From the NCBI RefSeq assembly GCF_036588685.1, contig NC_086386.1:40796001-40860000 (forward strand): a DNA stretch of 64,000 nucleotides, in the 5' to 3' direction. The position numbers and the translations under genes were made by a program. The notes under the pieces were generated by a model. That model saw only the letters and a list, made by a program, of their open reading frames with translations, did not search any database and was not told where the DNA came from. Position 1 is the stretch's first letter. Every line of letters begins with the position of its first letter. This DNA comes from Mytilus trossulus. Its lineage: Eukaryota. Positions 26,374-41,300 of the stretch are shown piece by piece.

Positions 26374-29300
26374 TTAATTATATCGTTGTTTTGGTGGTTG
26401 ATAATATTGCATGGTTGGTTTATCATTATCTGGCTTCTTCCGTCTAAATTCCATGCTTTGTATTTGGCTGGCATTGGTTGGTTGATTAGCTGGTGGGGGT
26501 ACGTTATAAGCAAACATCCCAGGTGGTGGCATACTGAAGTCTGGTAGTGCCACTGCTTGTACTTTAGGCAGCTGTAAAGTAAAAATTTGGAATTAATTGT
26601 TTATTTTACTTTTGAAATTGTAGTATAAAATTGAGAATAAAAAGCGGGAATGTGCCAAAGAGACAACAACCTGACCAAGGAGCAGAAAACAGAACAAAGC
26701 CACCAATGAGTGTTTAACATAGCTAGAAAATCCCTGACCTAGAGGCTGGTTTTTCAGGGGCCTAAACAAAAATGTTTATACTAGACTCCTCTGGGTGTAT
26801 TTAAAAAATAATTCTATCACTATTCATTCATGTCTCAATATTGCATTTGTAACTTCTCATCCTACTTAAAAAATTAAATAGAAAATGACTCCAAAGAACA
26901 GACAAGGCCCTGCTTTCATATAACATTATGAAGGACATAATGAGAGAACTGCAAGAGTGACACACCAAAATTCCAAACTGATGTGTGTTTTATACCGCAA
27001 CTAGTTGTGTTTATTTCCTAAACATAGTAAAACAGCTATATTTTGTGCAATGTCAATTTCATCATGGATCACTTTTTCCAAAATCTCGGGTTCCTTAAAA
27101 GTTGAACATCAGTTTGAAATTAGTTTTACAATCTTAATAACTATCAATGTATTAATTTAAGTTGCAGTATAAAAACTCTGAGAAGATGTTACTAAGTTGT
27201 AAAACTTGTGTCTGATCCTTTAGTCATTTTGAACAATAAAATATGTTTAAACTAAACTAGTATAAAAACAATATTAGGTCAATGTCGGAAAATATATACT
27301 TTTTTGTTTTCAACGCAAAACTGGAGAAGGGATCGGTAGAACCTTGCCCTTCCCAAGTTTTTCAGCCTTATACAAAAAAGTTTATATTTTTCTGACACTG
27401 ACCTAATATTGTATATTTATGGTAATAAGTATTGTGTATAATTCATAACATTTGGTTGAGGCAAACTAAAGTTTAAAGGACAGAATCTAACTTTGAGACT
27501 ACCTGCAATTGGACATACAAGAGTAACACTTTATATCCCCATGCTTAGCAAAATATTTTTAAATTTTTGCAATTTTTTCAGATAGAGCAAAAACGCCCCC
27601 AAAAATTCCACAAATTTAAATTTGCACATGCAAAGGTATTGATTAAGGTTTCGAATCGGCCGCTATAGAGTATTATCAATTGTCTGAAACTTGGCTTAAA
27701 ATAATATTTGTTATTGAAAAATCAAATGTTAATGGACCTTTTTCTTTATATATAAATACCTACTGGTTTTATATCTGTTAATTTAACTTCCTCATGATTT
27801 CCATATTCCAGAAATAAAACAACAGCAAAATTCTGTATACACTGATGTATCACAGCATGATAATACTGAAATAGAAATAATCTTTATGTTAAATAAAAAA
27901 TGTTATTTATCTGGTTCTTAATAATATATATATATATATATATAAATATTTCTAATGCAATTTGGATGTAACATTTTTTTTCATTGGCTAAAAGTTGCCG
28001 TCATATCCACAGTTGACCAGGCGTAACTATGGAGGGACCCACCATTTTGAATTGATCATTTGTTGATTGAAACTGCAGTAAAAAACAACAACATTGTGGG
28101 GCTACAAGGCACTTTTTGTGTGGCAATCACCTATACAATTGGATTTTCCTTGGCTGTAACCACACAATTTGAACTTTTTGACCTGCCCCAACCCATACTA
28201 TGATAATTTAAGTACCGTCAACCCTACCCTTCATATGCTTTCTGTTATAGCCCTAAAGAAATTTCAAACGTTTGTTGATTGTCAGTAAATACACAGGATC
28301 CATTTGCAAACTAACTTTGATGTTAATGATGGATGGATGGTGCTGTTTAACATCCACTGTCATATTACATGTATTAAGGTGGGACCTAACACTATATACA
28401 GGGAGATTACTCTGTAAAGTCAGCTTAACCTTTTAATTACGTTGTGTTGTAAAAGGAATATTAAGCTTCTCAACGATCAAAATTGGTGTTTGTCAAATTG
28501 CTATATAACCAGTGTAATTTTTCTGACAAAATGGTTGGTTCAAAATTTTTAAAATTTTATGTTTTTGTTTAAAAAAATTATGAAAATTAAACGAGTCAAA
28601 TTTATTTTAGTTGAAGTGTTAGGTACCACCTGAAATGCATATTCAGGATGAGAACAATATGTGACATGAATATTGACCCTGTTTTGTAATAGACCTACAT
28701 CCTGAACAAAACTTTTAACATTCTAGTTTAAAAGTTGAGAGTTGGCAAGAAGCTATGCTTAACATGCTTAAAGTAGAAGCCATTTGGCAATATGTTTTGG
28801 TATTTATTTTTTGCTATTATTTCTTTGTTCTGCAGTTTTTTTCAAAGGGTTTATTTCTATTGAATTTGGAGTTGTATGATATTGTTTTTATTTTAATGTT
28901 TTCAAAATCATGTAAATCTGTTTATATTAACCTGATTATCTTCCCAATATTTGGCTAAGCAGTGTTCTCCTTCTTTCCAGGTCTTAGTCTCACCAGCAGT
29001 CTAATAAAGAAGAAAAAAGATAAAATGTGTTTAAAAGTTAACATTTGTAAACAGAAAATATGCCACAATCAAATTAGAATGTCATGAATGTCAATGTATT
29101 AGCAAAAAAAGTTTCATTGCATTTTACACAATCATGACAATGTTTTAGAAAAGGGTAGAAATCTAAATAGAATAAAATTCTGTGAAATATTGTGAACATA
29201 TTTGGTATTTTAATGCTACAACGCATCTGAGATTCTCACAACAATACTATATGATATGGCTCAATTAAAGACTGGACAAACAAATTTTGATGGCTATATA

Positions 29301-32300
29301 CATGGTATATTAAAGTTCAATTTCAAGGCTTGCTAAAAATGTTTGGAAAAATGATAATGTCCACCTTGTCTGCTAATTTGTTTTTTTTGGGCGATTACTA
29401 ATATAGATTATTGTGGGTTCGGGTAGACATCACCACATATCCACCTATAAAACTGAAAGCTTGAACAAACGAATATATTTTCTTCTTCTCAGGGATGTAA
29501 TAAGAATACATGTATTTGAATTATTTCATCAGATTTGAAATTTAAATTTTAAAGATATATTTATTCTGCTTGCATTTTCAAAATAAATCATATTAAAGAA
29601 ATATTGTAAATCATGAGCAAAAACAAAGAGAAAATTTTGTTTCTTTTAATTATTTTTTTAAGTCTTTCTTGTGTGAAACCTTGTAGTTCAAAGGTATATA
29701 TTACAAAAATGACACAGCTGATAACAAAGCGTCCAATATTATAATGTGATACTATACTGAATTAGTTACAAATCTAGTCAAGTAACTCCTGATTGATTAT
29801 CATGATTATGGCAATATTCAAGATAATTTTAAAATTCCATGTGATTGAATATTTTTTATAACCACTTGGCTGATGGTTTATAAAAGTGTCCACCAATGGA
29901 AGAAATAGAAATCTATCAAACAAAACAGCTTTACACCTGAATGCATTGATTGTGTAGGCAAAGGCATATCTTTGGTAAGCTTGCTTTCTAGCTGAACTGT
30001 GAAGTCATCATAATGTAAGGTAAACTACCCACCTTTCAAATTACAGTAGCCAAGTCCTACAGAAAGATGGATTGGTTATCTGTAAGACTACCGGTAGTCT
30101 ACTTTTAAACCTAATTTACCTGACTTAATAATGACTTCATGGTCCAAGCTAACCAAAGATATCACCTTTGCCTACACACTCAATGCAATCAGCTGTAAGT
30201 TAACTTACTGCTTGATACTGTTGTAGTCCATTTTTAATGGGTTCATTTTTCCTTGATTTAAAATCATTTGTTTGCCCTTGATATGACTGGTCACTGTTTT
30301 CTGATTTTCCTTTGTAGTTTTGTCCTTGATACGACTGGTCACTGTTTTCTGACTTTCCTTTATAGTTAGTTTGTGATTTGTTATTTTGTCCATCTTTCCT
30401 ATTACTTGGGGTATAATTACTGTCTCTTTGTTCTGTTCTACCAGAACTATAATCTCCAGGATTTCTTTTTTGAGAGTCTCTGCTATTATAATTATTTACA
30501 TTTGAACTGCGGTTTTCATTTTGTGAACCTCGGTCGTTGAAATTACGACTTTTATCTGATCGTCCGTCATAATTCTGTTCTCGATCATTTCCTTTTTGAT
30601 TTGGTCGTCTGTTGTCTTGAAAGTTTCTATCACTAGTATTTGACCCTTGCTCTGACCTTTTGTCGTAATTTTGTGGCCTATCGTTTTTTGTAATTTTATC
30701 ATTGTTATAATTTTGACGATTATTACTATACTGCCCATCACCTTTACTTTGTTGAAAGTTTCTGTCATTATTTGTCTGTTGTGACCTCTGACCTTTGTTA
30801 AATGTATCTGGTTGTTTATTTCGATCGTAACCACTTTGACCTCTGTCAAATTTATCTGGTTGTTTATTACGATCGTTACCACTTTGACCTCTGTCAAATT
30901 TATCTGGCTGTTTATTACGATCGTAACCACTTTGACCTCTGTCAAATTTATCAGGTTGTTTATTACGATCGTAACCAGTTCCAGGTCGCTGAGATTTATT
31001 ATCATAGTTAGAGGATTGTTGTGGATTAAATGCGGGACTAGATTTTGGTCTGCTATCAAAGTTTCGTCTATCGTTTTGTGAATTTTGTGGATCGTAACTA
31101 GTTGAATTGTCTTGATATTTTGGTTTATAACCTCTATCACCCTGCCTGCTGCCGTCGTTTGAGTATTGCATAGATTTAGAAGGCACACTATTGCTGGATT
31201 TTGAATCTTTGTTCTCTGGGAAATAAATGAGACATGAAATTATTTTGATCAAATTTAAAACATAAAACACAAGTTGAAAAATATTGACTAATAAAATCTT
31301 TTCCTCTACTTTTTACATCATGGTTATATGGATTATATTCAGATGTGGTGTGGAAAATTCTCGGATAAGTATATAATTAAGTGTGCAAACTGATTTGTAT
31401 AGTCTTTATCAAGAATAATCTGTAGAGATATTTTAAATCACATTTCTGGCTCAGAACTGGCCATAACTTGTGTAGGATATATGTTTCAACTGAAATGAAG
31501 ATACAGCTAAAGACAACCATTAAATTCAAAAACCACCGACCATAGATAGGAAAACTGACAATACTAGTCAATTAAGATTGGAGTTGAGGGCACCCATAGG
31601 AGCAAGGTTCGAACTCACAACCTCAGTGTTGTTAAAAGTTATGCCATTGATAATGTGTGTACTGTGTAAATGTCTTTAACTTAGAGTACCTTTATTTTCT
31701 TTACTTCCCACAGGTATTTTATTACTTTTAGCTAAGAAATCAAACAGAGTAACAGGAGCTGATGGTTTACTGGACATTTCCTCAGAATCTTCATCTCTCT
31801 GTCGTCTGCCACGACCTTCTAGAAAATGAAAGAAATGTATGTAATATAAACCATGGCAATTATAAAACACTGCTTGGTAAATCATACAGTCCTCCGGCAA
31901 TTACAAATATTCAGAAATTTGACTATGCTTGACAGGAATATAATCTACCAGCTTTAAAGAATCATTAGAATTAATCATTAAAGATGCTCGAAACAAAGTT
32001 ACTGCAACTCAGTTTGAGAAGACCTAACAACCTTTCGATATCAAAATCTTAAAATATTTTAAAAATGTCATAATTCTTCTTTTGTAGATGGGTGTCCTTT
32101 TTTAAGTATTTCTTCTGGGCATGTTGAAAAAATATTTTTTGATTTAAAAATATTTAACCAGGTATTATTGAATATACAACAAAAACTTCTTAATCTTGAA
32201 ATTTAATGAATAAACTATCAAAAAACTGTTATTATGTGTATTCCAAATTTAAAAAAAAAAAAAAATTTTAAAAACCAAGGGCAGATAATTATACTGTTTC

Positions 32301-35300
32301 ATAAGACAATTTGTGATTTTAATTTTTCAAGAAAATAAGGCATGTGATCCCCTTATCTTATCTTAATGATTTTCTCAAAAGTAATCATTGAATTTTAAAA
32401 TATATATTGTTTAATGTTTCTTCAATAAGGAAAAATTAAATTTTCACTATATAACTCTTATCAAATAACTGTGATTTCATCAATTTCAGTGTATTCTAAA
32501 GAAAAAAACCTGGAACTTGAACCCCAGTTTATATGTTGGAATTTGAAAGTGTGTTGAGATGAGAACTTTTTACAGAAGTTTTAGAAAAAACTGTATTTGA
32601 GACACCAAGATACTTTACTAAAAATCCAAAAAATAAATGACTTTCAAAAATTCTGATTTTTTTTTGCATTAAAAATTCGATTGAATATTGTTATGTCCAA
32701 TTATAATTTTTTTTTTTAAACACATGTAGATTTGTATTTTGATGGACGAGGAAATATTCTTTTTAATTACCTCTCCTTTCTTCCCTGGGTGGTCTCCCCT
32801 GGAAATCTCCTTTCCCGCCTCTTGTTGATGGACCTTGTCTATCACCACCATATTGGTTCTGCCTGGCTCCTCCCCTTCCTTGTAGGAGATCATTGACAGC
32901 TAGTTGGAAGTTCCCATTGTTTTGCTTTAGAGAATTACTGGCCTGATCAGCAGAAAATCCCATCTCCATAATTCTTGCAATATCTTTATCAGAGCCAACC
33001 TACATATAAATTTACATAAATTTTGCCATTATTTTTGGGCCTTTCATAGCTGACACTATGAGGTATAAATTTTGAAGGCAGTACAGTGACCTATGGTTGT
33101 TAGTTTCTGTGTCATTTAGTCTCTTGTGGAGAGTTTTCTCATTGGCAATCATACCACATCTTCTTTTTTTAAAAATTGACCAAGACAAGAATCTGTAATA
33201 CTGTGGATTTATTTGTTTAAATACAATTGCAAAATATATACATTCTGCTTCCTGAGTACATTCATTGGTAATTTTTAATTCTATATAGAAAAAAACCCAT
33301 TTTCTTTATTAGAAAAGTTTTATGTGTAATTACATTTAATTATAAATTCTATTTTTTGTTCAGCTATGATTGAAGATCAGGTTCATCCAATTTTAAACTA
33401 AAGCTATAAATTAGTATTCAATTCCTTTATTTCATTTTAAATTTTAAAGCCTTATAATAAAAGTTCACCTGTTTTTGTCCCCCTCCAAATGTTTTTGTCT
33501 TTTCTTCCTTGGCCTGCAGAGCTTCAGCAATGGTAGCCTGTCTCTGTTGTTCAAATTCTCCTTCCTCTTTCTTTTCTTCTTTTTTTGTTGCTAAGGACTT
33601 AAAATTATCTAGAATAATAACGAGAAAGTATATCTTTCTACTGGCCAATACTCCTCCACAAAAATTGGACTAATAAGCATTTATCTCTAATTTTTATAGC
33701 AATGAGGCCTAAATCTATTTCCATTTACTTAATTTGTCATACATAATTTCAAGCAGTTCATAAAATTTACCTTTCTGAGTTGCAGGTTTGACTTGTTGTA
33801 TTTTATGCCCAAAAGGAACAAATGGAGGCGGACCTCCTTCTGTCACACCTCTCAGTTTGGATTGTTTAGATAACATCTAAAAATAAAATAAATAGTACAA
33901 TTACATTACCATTACCAGTAATTGTTCATATTTCTGTATCATAATAACTTTACCTTCATTCAGCCTCAAGAATAAAGAAATGTGAATACTGTGACCAATA
34001 AAATGAAATACGTGGAAGTACTTTAAACTTCAAATGATCGCAAAATCAATGCTTTACAAACCTATTTTAAAAATAACAAAAAAGAAGAGTTCAATTCTTT
34101 TAATTATACTATTATGCAACAACCATGAAATTAAATGCTGCAGCAGATATTTCATTTGTTTTCCTATGCATTGTTGTGAGGTTGTCACATGAATCTTGTG
34201 TTGTCATAATGGTAGACTTAATTTTGAGAATTACAATTTGATATTGAAATGCCCCACAATTGCTTTTATCCAATCAAACCTACAGACCTTAAACCAACAT
34301 ACATGTAACATAATAATAATTATTCATGTTATTAAGTGTGTTTATTTAATTTATTGCTAATAACATACCTTTTTAAGTTCCCAGTTTTCTGCCATTTTCT
34401 CTACACGTCCACCAATCAGGTGACAGTTTTTATTGTTCAACAACAGAATTCCATGTTCTACTGCTACTGTTCCCTTTAGTAGTACTTTAGTTCCTGGTGG
34501 TACGTTTACTCTGCAAATATATACATTCCAAAAGTTAAAATCAGTGCTTCATTGAAACAAAAATACTGATGCAGGTAGGTTTTTTTTGTTAAAAAAGATA
34601 AATTATTTTCCTCTATTTTGTTGATTTATAAAACATATTTTGCCATTTGTTTGGATTGTTGTTTGTTTCAGATTCAAACATTTAATTCAAGTAAAAAATT
34701 TGACTAAAAGTGTTAATACCATAATGTCTTCTTTAAATTGGCAGTGAACACTTTTGAGTGTAAAACAACTGCATATTAAGTTCTAATGTCAATTAAACAT
34801 GTTAAACATTTCATTATTGCATAAAAATAAGGATGATAAAAAACTTTTCTTTAAGGTGGCTCGGGCCTATTCGAAGTTTCTATCAGAAGTGCCGTATTTT
34901 TGGTTATTTTATTCTTTAAAGAAAAAAGAATCAAATTGGGCGCAAAAAAATAGGGGGTCACGGGCCATTTAAGCTAATTTTTTTACTTTTAAACAGTTAT
35001 GTAAAAGGGACCATTTTTCAATGAAATGATAGGGAAAATAGAGGTGTTGACATATTTTTATCAGAATATCAAAAAAACGTTCTATGACAATTGGTCCAAA
35101 ACTGTAATATGAAAAGCTTGAATATAGCTTCAAAGAATGAGTCAATAAAAAACATAGGTCACCGATAAGGAAAAAAAATTATTTTGCCTTAAAACCCATA
35201 TTTTTGCGCGAAAATGGTGAAAATGGGTGAAATGTCATTTTGACCCTTTAACAAGTACGGATAATAATGAAAATATTCTGTTAGTCACATAACTACAATG

Positions 35301-38300
35301 ATTAAACATTTCTAATCAATCAAAATATTTAAAAAAATTATATCGAATATACGACAAATACTTTTGTAATTCATGCGTGAAATTATGCGCAGTCAAATAG
35401 TCCCGAGCCACCTTAAATCAAAACTTTATTTATACCAGATGCTGACCTTTAATTGATAAAAATGAAAAAAATGAACAATCGAAAATTTTCCAGTTGTTTA
35501 TGAAAGCTAGTTATTCACATCTTTCTTGACATACAAAAAGTACTAATATTACACTGTTACATTTTTCAGAAATACATACTCATGATACTATAGAATAAAC
35601 TTGGATAACGAAAAAGTAAAAACACAAAAAAAAACTGAACTCCGAGGAAAATTCATAAAGGAAAGTCCAAAATCAAAAGTCCAAACACATCAAACGAATG
35701 GATAACAACTGTCTTATTCCTAACTTGGTACAGGCATCTTTTACAAAAATCTTCTCCTCTGAAACTACTAGCCCAAATTAAACCAAACTTGGCCACAATC
35801 ATCATTGGAGTATCTAGTTTAATCAAAGCGCTGAAAGCAGTTAACCAAAAACCAAGGCAAATGTAATCATAAAACTGTGGCAATGTTGCTATTTTGTTAT
35901 TTTGTCCCATACATGAATATATATGGTTTAGGGTTGGGGATCTCAACGGTTTTCAAGTTCTCAAACAGAAAGGGGTAGGTTGACCCTAGGGACTTCCCCT
36001 AAATTTCATTGTATTTGTTATATTGTCCTATACATTAATGTATATGGTTTAGGGGTGGGGATCTCATCTGTTTCCAAGTTCTCAAACAGGAGGGGGTATA
36101 GTAGCCTTAAGGACGCCACTTATATATCATATGATTTGCTTGCATTCAGGCATTATATAATATAGTTGCATTATTTGTGAAAATAAAGTAAGAAACTTCC
36201 ATCTACATTAATTGACCCTACAAAATTGAGAAAAAAATATCCCTTGAAAATTGCAGTAATTTCGATATTGTAAAATTTTGTCTTCACCACAGCCGTTTTA
36301 TTGTGTTTACAATGTCGTTTTTGTCAATCAGATACGATTTTAGTCGAATTTAAACACTATTTGTCGGCGATTTTCTGTATAAAGCTAGCGGTTGAACAAA
36401 ATAAACATCACTGTCATATGAATTGTAATGATGAAAATTTTTAGATCGTTTATTTGGAGACTGTTAACTTGTGAAAAGGTTTGCAAAGTTATTTCTTATT
36501 TTCTTGAAGTGGAAGGTGACTCCGTCGGGCGTAGCTAAAAACCAAATTGAATTTCCGCGTGCAAAAGTGGAAGGTCGCGGACCTCAGACCACCGCTAATT
36601 TGAACCCCTGCCTAGAAATTGAAAAGATATAAAAATTTCGTCTTCTAATTTGAAATTACCGCCAACAGCATGAACAGTTGAACTTACTGACGTTGTACTA
36701 CGTATTGATGACAAACAATATTCCTACGACTATTGCAATTTGGGAAATCTTAACTACTTGTCATTAGAGATTTTGGGCGATTAAATATTTCATACATTTG
36801 TTCTTTGACATATTAGCCAAAAGTTCAGGGGATAATAAACTACACAAGGATTTCCTTATGTGCTCTACTTCCTATGTGCAACTTCAAAACTTTTGGGAAA
36901 ATCAACGATCATTTAAGGTTTTTCTGGTCATAATTTTTTTAATCCAGAATGTAAAGTATGAAAAAACAGTCCAATAAGTTATAAATAACATAGTAACCAG
37001 CTAGATGTTAACAATGGCACGTATTTCAGCATTTATTGGGTAGGACACAAATTCAGGGTGCTCGCATAAGGCAGCTTAACTGCCTAAAAATGTGTCTAAT
37101 CCATTTTGAAAGTTTTGGGTGCTTCATTCAACTTTCACAACTGCAGTGTGCAGCATTGGACCAAAATATGTTTAATAGCAGACAGTTATAGTGTTTAGTA
37201 AACAAATATACACTGAGAAATTAATATTCATTTATACCCAAACTTATCCAGTTTTTCTGTTTCCACACCATTACAATTAAGGTGACCATCGGTCAGTGTC
37301 AGCTTCAGCAGTCTGGGAGCTCCTTGTGATTCCTCATTATCTTTAGGAGCTGCTACATTTCTAATCTTCTGAATTTGTAACACTCCTGGACCTTCAACCT
37401 ATAAAAAACAAAATATTTATTATGTTTGTTAGTATTTCAGCATATTGTATGCAGAAATTGTATTTTTTCAAATTCATGAAAATTCATGACAGTAGACAAG
37501 GCTACATGTACAAATGAATAACCCTGATGTTGATGAACTTAATCAGCATATCCAAAAGACTCTGTATTTTTTAATGCGTTTTGTACCATTGGGTCTAGAT
37601 AAACAAAAGAATGGTTTTTGTGCTCATACATATACAACTGGTTTAACCCCAACACATTCTATGCCTGTACCAAGTTAGGCTGTTTTGGATGATGTGCTGT
37701 TTGTAACTGGTTTTTTTTTGTGAGGATGCGAGTGGTTGCATAGATGTGGTCAATTTTTTGGTCCAATATACCTGCATTCTGTTTATGTATTATCTAGTAG
37801 CAATTGCAACTTGTTTAATAAAGATCACAACAGATTTAATCTGAGCTCAACAATTAATGGTATAATATTTATCACATGTATATAGAGTCAATGCCATATT
37901 TTGCAATTAAAAAATGTTTAAGGCCATGTAAAAATAATTTATGGTTTCCCCTAACCCGACCGGGTCATTTTTTAAACGCCGGGTCATTAAATTTTATTGC
38001 AAAAAAAAAAAAAAAAAAAAAAAAAATTTTTGAAGAGACAACTGAAAGTGTTGAAAATATGCAAGTTTATATTTCCACTATAGAAACAAAACATTTAGAT
38101 ATAAAATTATGCATGGTAACAAAAGAAAAAAAGCCTGCCTGCCGGGTCTTTAAAATTTTGCCATGTTAAGGGAAACCAACAATTAATTTTCCATGGCCTA
38201 AACTAGATAGTGTTACAAAACCAACATAATTGATTTCATTTCATTTATTTGCCACTGTCAAATCCTAAAAAATATATTAGGAATTAACCATGAAAATAAA

Positions 38301-41300
38301 ATTAATTTTTTAATAAGACATGTAAAACAAGTGAAACTGCGAGCTACTGCTCACTGATGATACCCCCGCCGTAAGTGGATAATATTAATAGTGTAAAAAT
38401 ATGCAAGTGTTCCGTAAACAGGAAGTTGTCGAGTGATGAATCTGAAAATTATCACACGGTATAGCTGACTTATATAAATCCTGAAACCAAATTTCAGAAA
38501 TCCTTGTATTGTAGTTCCTGAGAAAAATGTGACGAAAATTTTCAACTTGGCTATCATGTGTAAAACCATACAAGTGTTCGATAAACAGGAAGTTGTCTAG
38601 TGATGAATCTGAAAACGCATCACACGGTATAGCTGACTTATATAAATCCTGAAACCAAATTTCAGAAATCCTTGTATTGTAGTTCCTGAGAAAAATGTGA
38701 CGAAAATTTTCAACTTGGCTATCATGTGTAAAACCATACAAGTGTTCGGTAAACAGGAAGTTGTCAAGTGATCAATCTGAAATTGCATCACACGGTATAG
38801 CTGACTTAGATAAACCCTGAAACCAAATTTCAGAAATCCTTGTATTGTAGTTTATGAGAAAAATGTGACGAAAATTTTCAACTTGGCTATCATGTGTAAA
38901 ATCATACAAGTGTTCGGTAAACAGGAAGTTGTCAAGTGATCAATCTGAAAACGCATCACATGGTAAAGCTGACTTAGATAAACCCTGAAACCAAATTTTA
39001 GAAATCCTTGTATTGTAGTTCCTGAGAAAAATGTGACGAAAATTTTCAACTTGGCTATCATGTGTAAAATCAAACAAGTGTTCGGTAAACAGGAAGTTGT
39101 CAAGTGATCAATCTGAAAACGCATCACACAGTATAGCTGACTTAGATAAACCCTGAAACCAAATTTCAGAAATCCTTGTATTGTAGTTCCTGAAAAAAAT
39201 GTGACGAAAGTTTCATGGGACGGACTGACTGACGGACAGACGGACGGACTGACGGACAGACAGAGGTAAAACAGTATAAACCCCCTTTTTTAAAGCGGGG
39301 GTATAAAAATATATACTGACATACCAGGTAGATAAGTATCAGGTTGTCTGCATGTTGATACTGTAAAATATCAGCTGTAAGTCACAATATGAAGCTTTTT
39401 GGTGGGTGAGCACAGGGAACAAGATCAAAAAGCCTGAAGTCATATTGAGTAGAGCAGCTGATATTTTACAATATCAATATGCAGATACCTGATAATAGAT
39501 TTATCGAGCTTTGTGTGTCTTTTGGAAGTGTTTTCTTAACTTCACCAGCAACCAGAAGATGTCTGTTCAAACATTAAACCGTGATATGTACCGATTATCA
39601 GGTTATCTGCATGTTGATATCGTAAAATATCAGCTATGAGACATAATATGAAGCTTTTTGTCGAGTGAGCATAGCGAACGAGATCAAAAAGACTTCATAT
39701 AATGTCAAGCAGCTGATATTTTACAATATCAATATGCAGAAAACATGGAAAACCTGATAATCGATTTATCATAATCAGGCTATATTTTTCATAAGTGTTT
39801 TCTTTTGTTGTACACCAGCCCACAAAAGATTACTTGATAAGTTCGGGACAAAGTTATTAACGTCGGTTCAAACATTATGACGACGCTGATATGTCCGGGT
39901 CAAAGTTATTAAGGCCGGGTCAACGTCTTTGACGTCACAAAGACATGATACGGAATAATATTAAGAGCTGAACAGAGTGATATAGACAGTGGGACGACCG
40001 ATAAGCAATTTTATTAAGAGCTGTACAGAGTGATATAGACAGTGGGACGATTGATAATCTCATTTATAAGTAAAATAAATATGATAATTTTCATTTATAT
40101 GTGAAAAAAAATATGAATATATTTTAAGATGTATTAAATAGACTTCCATAATACTTACATATTCACAGCTGACTTTACTAACATCATCTGGTAACCATTT
40201 CCTTCCTATTTCTTTGAAATCAGTCTAGAAAGAGAAAACAACTCCAGTAACAAGGAGCAAATAATGTATGTAATTAACAGTCACATTAATAAGGAATTTT
40301 CTTTTTCAAATCTTACAGATTTTAAATTAAATTTTCTGTATCCTTTTAAAAAAGCAGTATATCATTGCAATTAATAAACCTAATTGTTTTAAATAGAATT
40401 CAATGCCCACTTCTGGCAATGGAGATTGTCTGTTTGATCCAAGCATGACTGGCATGACTATTGGCATTTGCTTCTTCTCCTCATTAAACACAAATCCAAT
40501 TAAAATCTTTTTTAAGTACTTACATCTTTGGCAACATCGATAATCTTGTCATCTTTTCTGGCATTTTCACCAACACACTGTTCAATACCCTCTGTACTTA
40601 AATGCCTAAAAATAGAATTATGAAAATATTTAACTATGTATTCAATTAACTTATTAATTGTTATTGATAATAATCTTGTTTTTCAGCTGTTTAATATGTA
40701 CAGTGCAGTTTGGTGTATTTGTGCGCATGGTGCACCTTTCACATCTGGTTTCACTTTGGATAATTCCTAGTTGCATAAACCCCATTATCAGTTAATATTG
40801 TGTGAACAAATTTATGACTTTTTTATTGGTTTTGTGTTTTATAATTTTGTGATAAGAGTTTTGGTAAGTGTATTGCTTTAAAACGCTTTATTCTTTTTGT
40901 CTTTGTTTCAAATTAAAATGAAATTTTTTTATGCTGTCAAGATAAATCTTAAATAACATGAATAATGGTTATCATGGTTATTGCTATCAATACATTTTTT
41001 CTTTGTTTCAAAATAAAATACATTTTTTTTTTGGGGGGGGGGGGGGGGGGTATATACATATTTATATATAAAAAACATCTATTAATCCAACTGGAATTTA
41101 AATAAAATTTGGGTAAGAATGGACCTAGGGGGCAAACTTATAGGGTGCTTAAGTGTATTAAATGTGTGCAAACAGACCTGTCACCTGATACCCTTTGCTG
41201 TCATCACTTAAAAAGAAATTTATTGAAATTTATTATCGACCATCATTCATGTCTGAATTTCATTACTTAAAAATGAAAAATTACTATTTCATTGACTTGT

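Noticed and set aside
30496-31188. 230-aa alternative-frame ORF and opposite-strand ORFs over TDRD3 exon 10
   Set aside because: Explained by the low-complexity codons and 48-nt repeats of the real exon.
31595-31630. tRNA-like GGTTCGAAC
   Set aside because: No cloverleaf; it is a SINE head fragment, not a tRNA gene.
38351-39127. ORFs with repeated peptides
   Set aside because: Translations of the 168-bp satellite unit.
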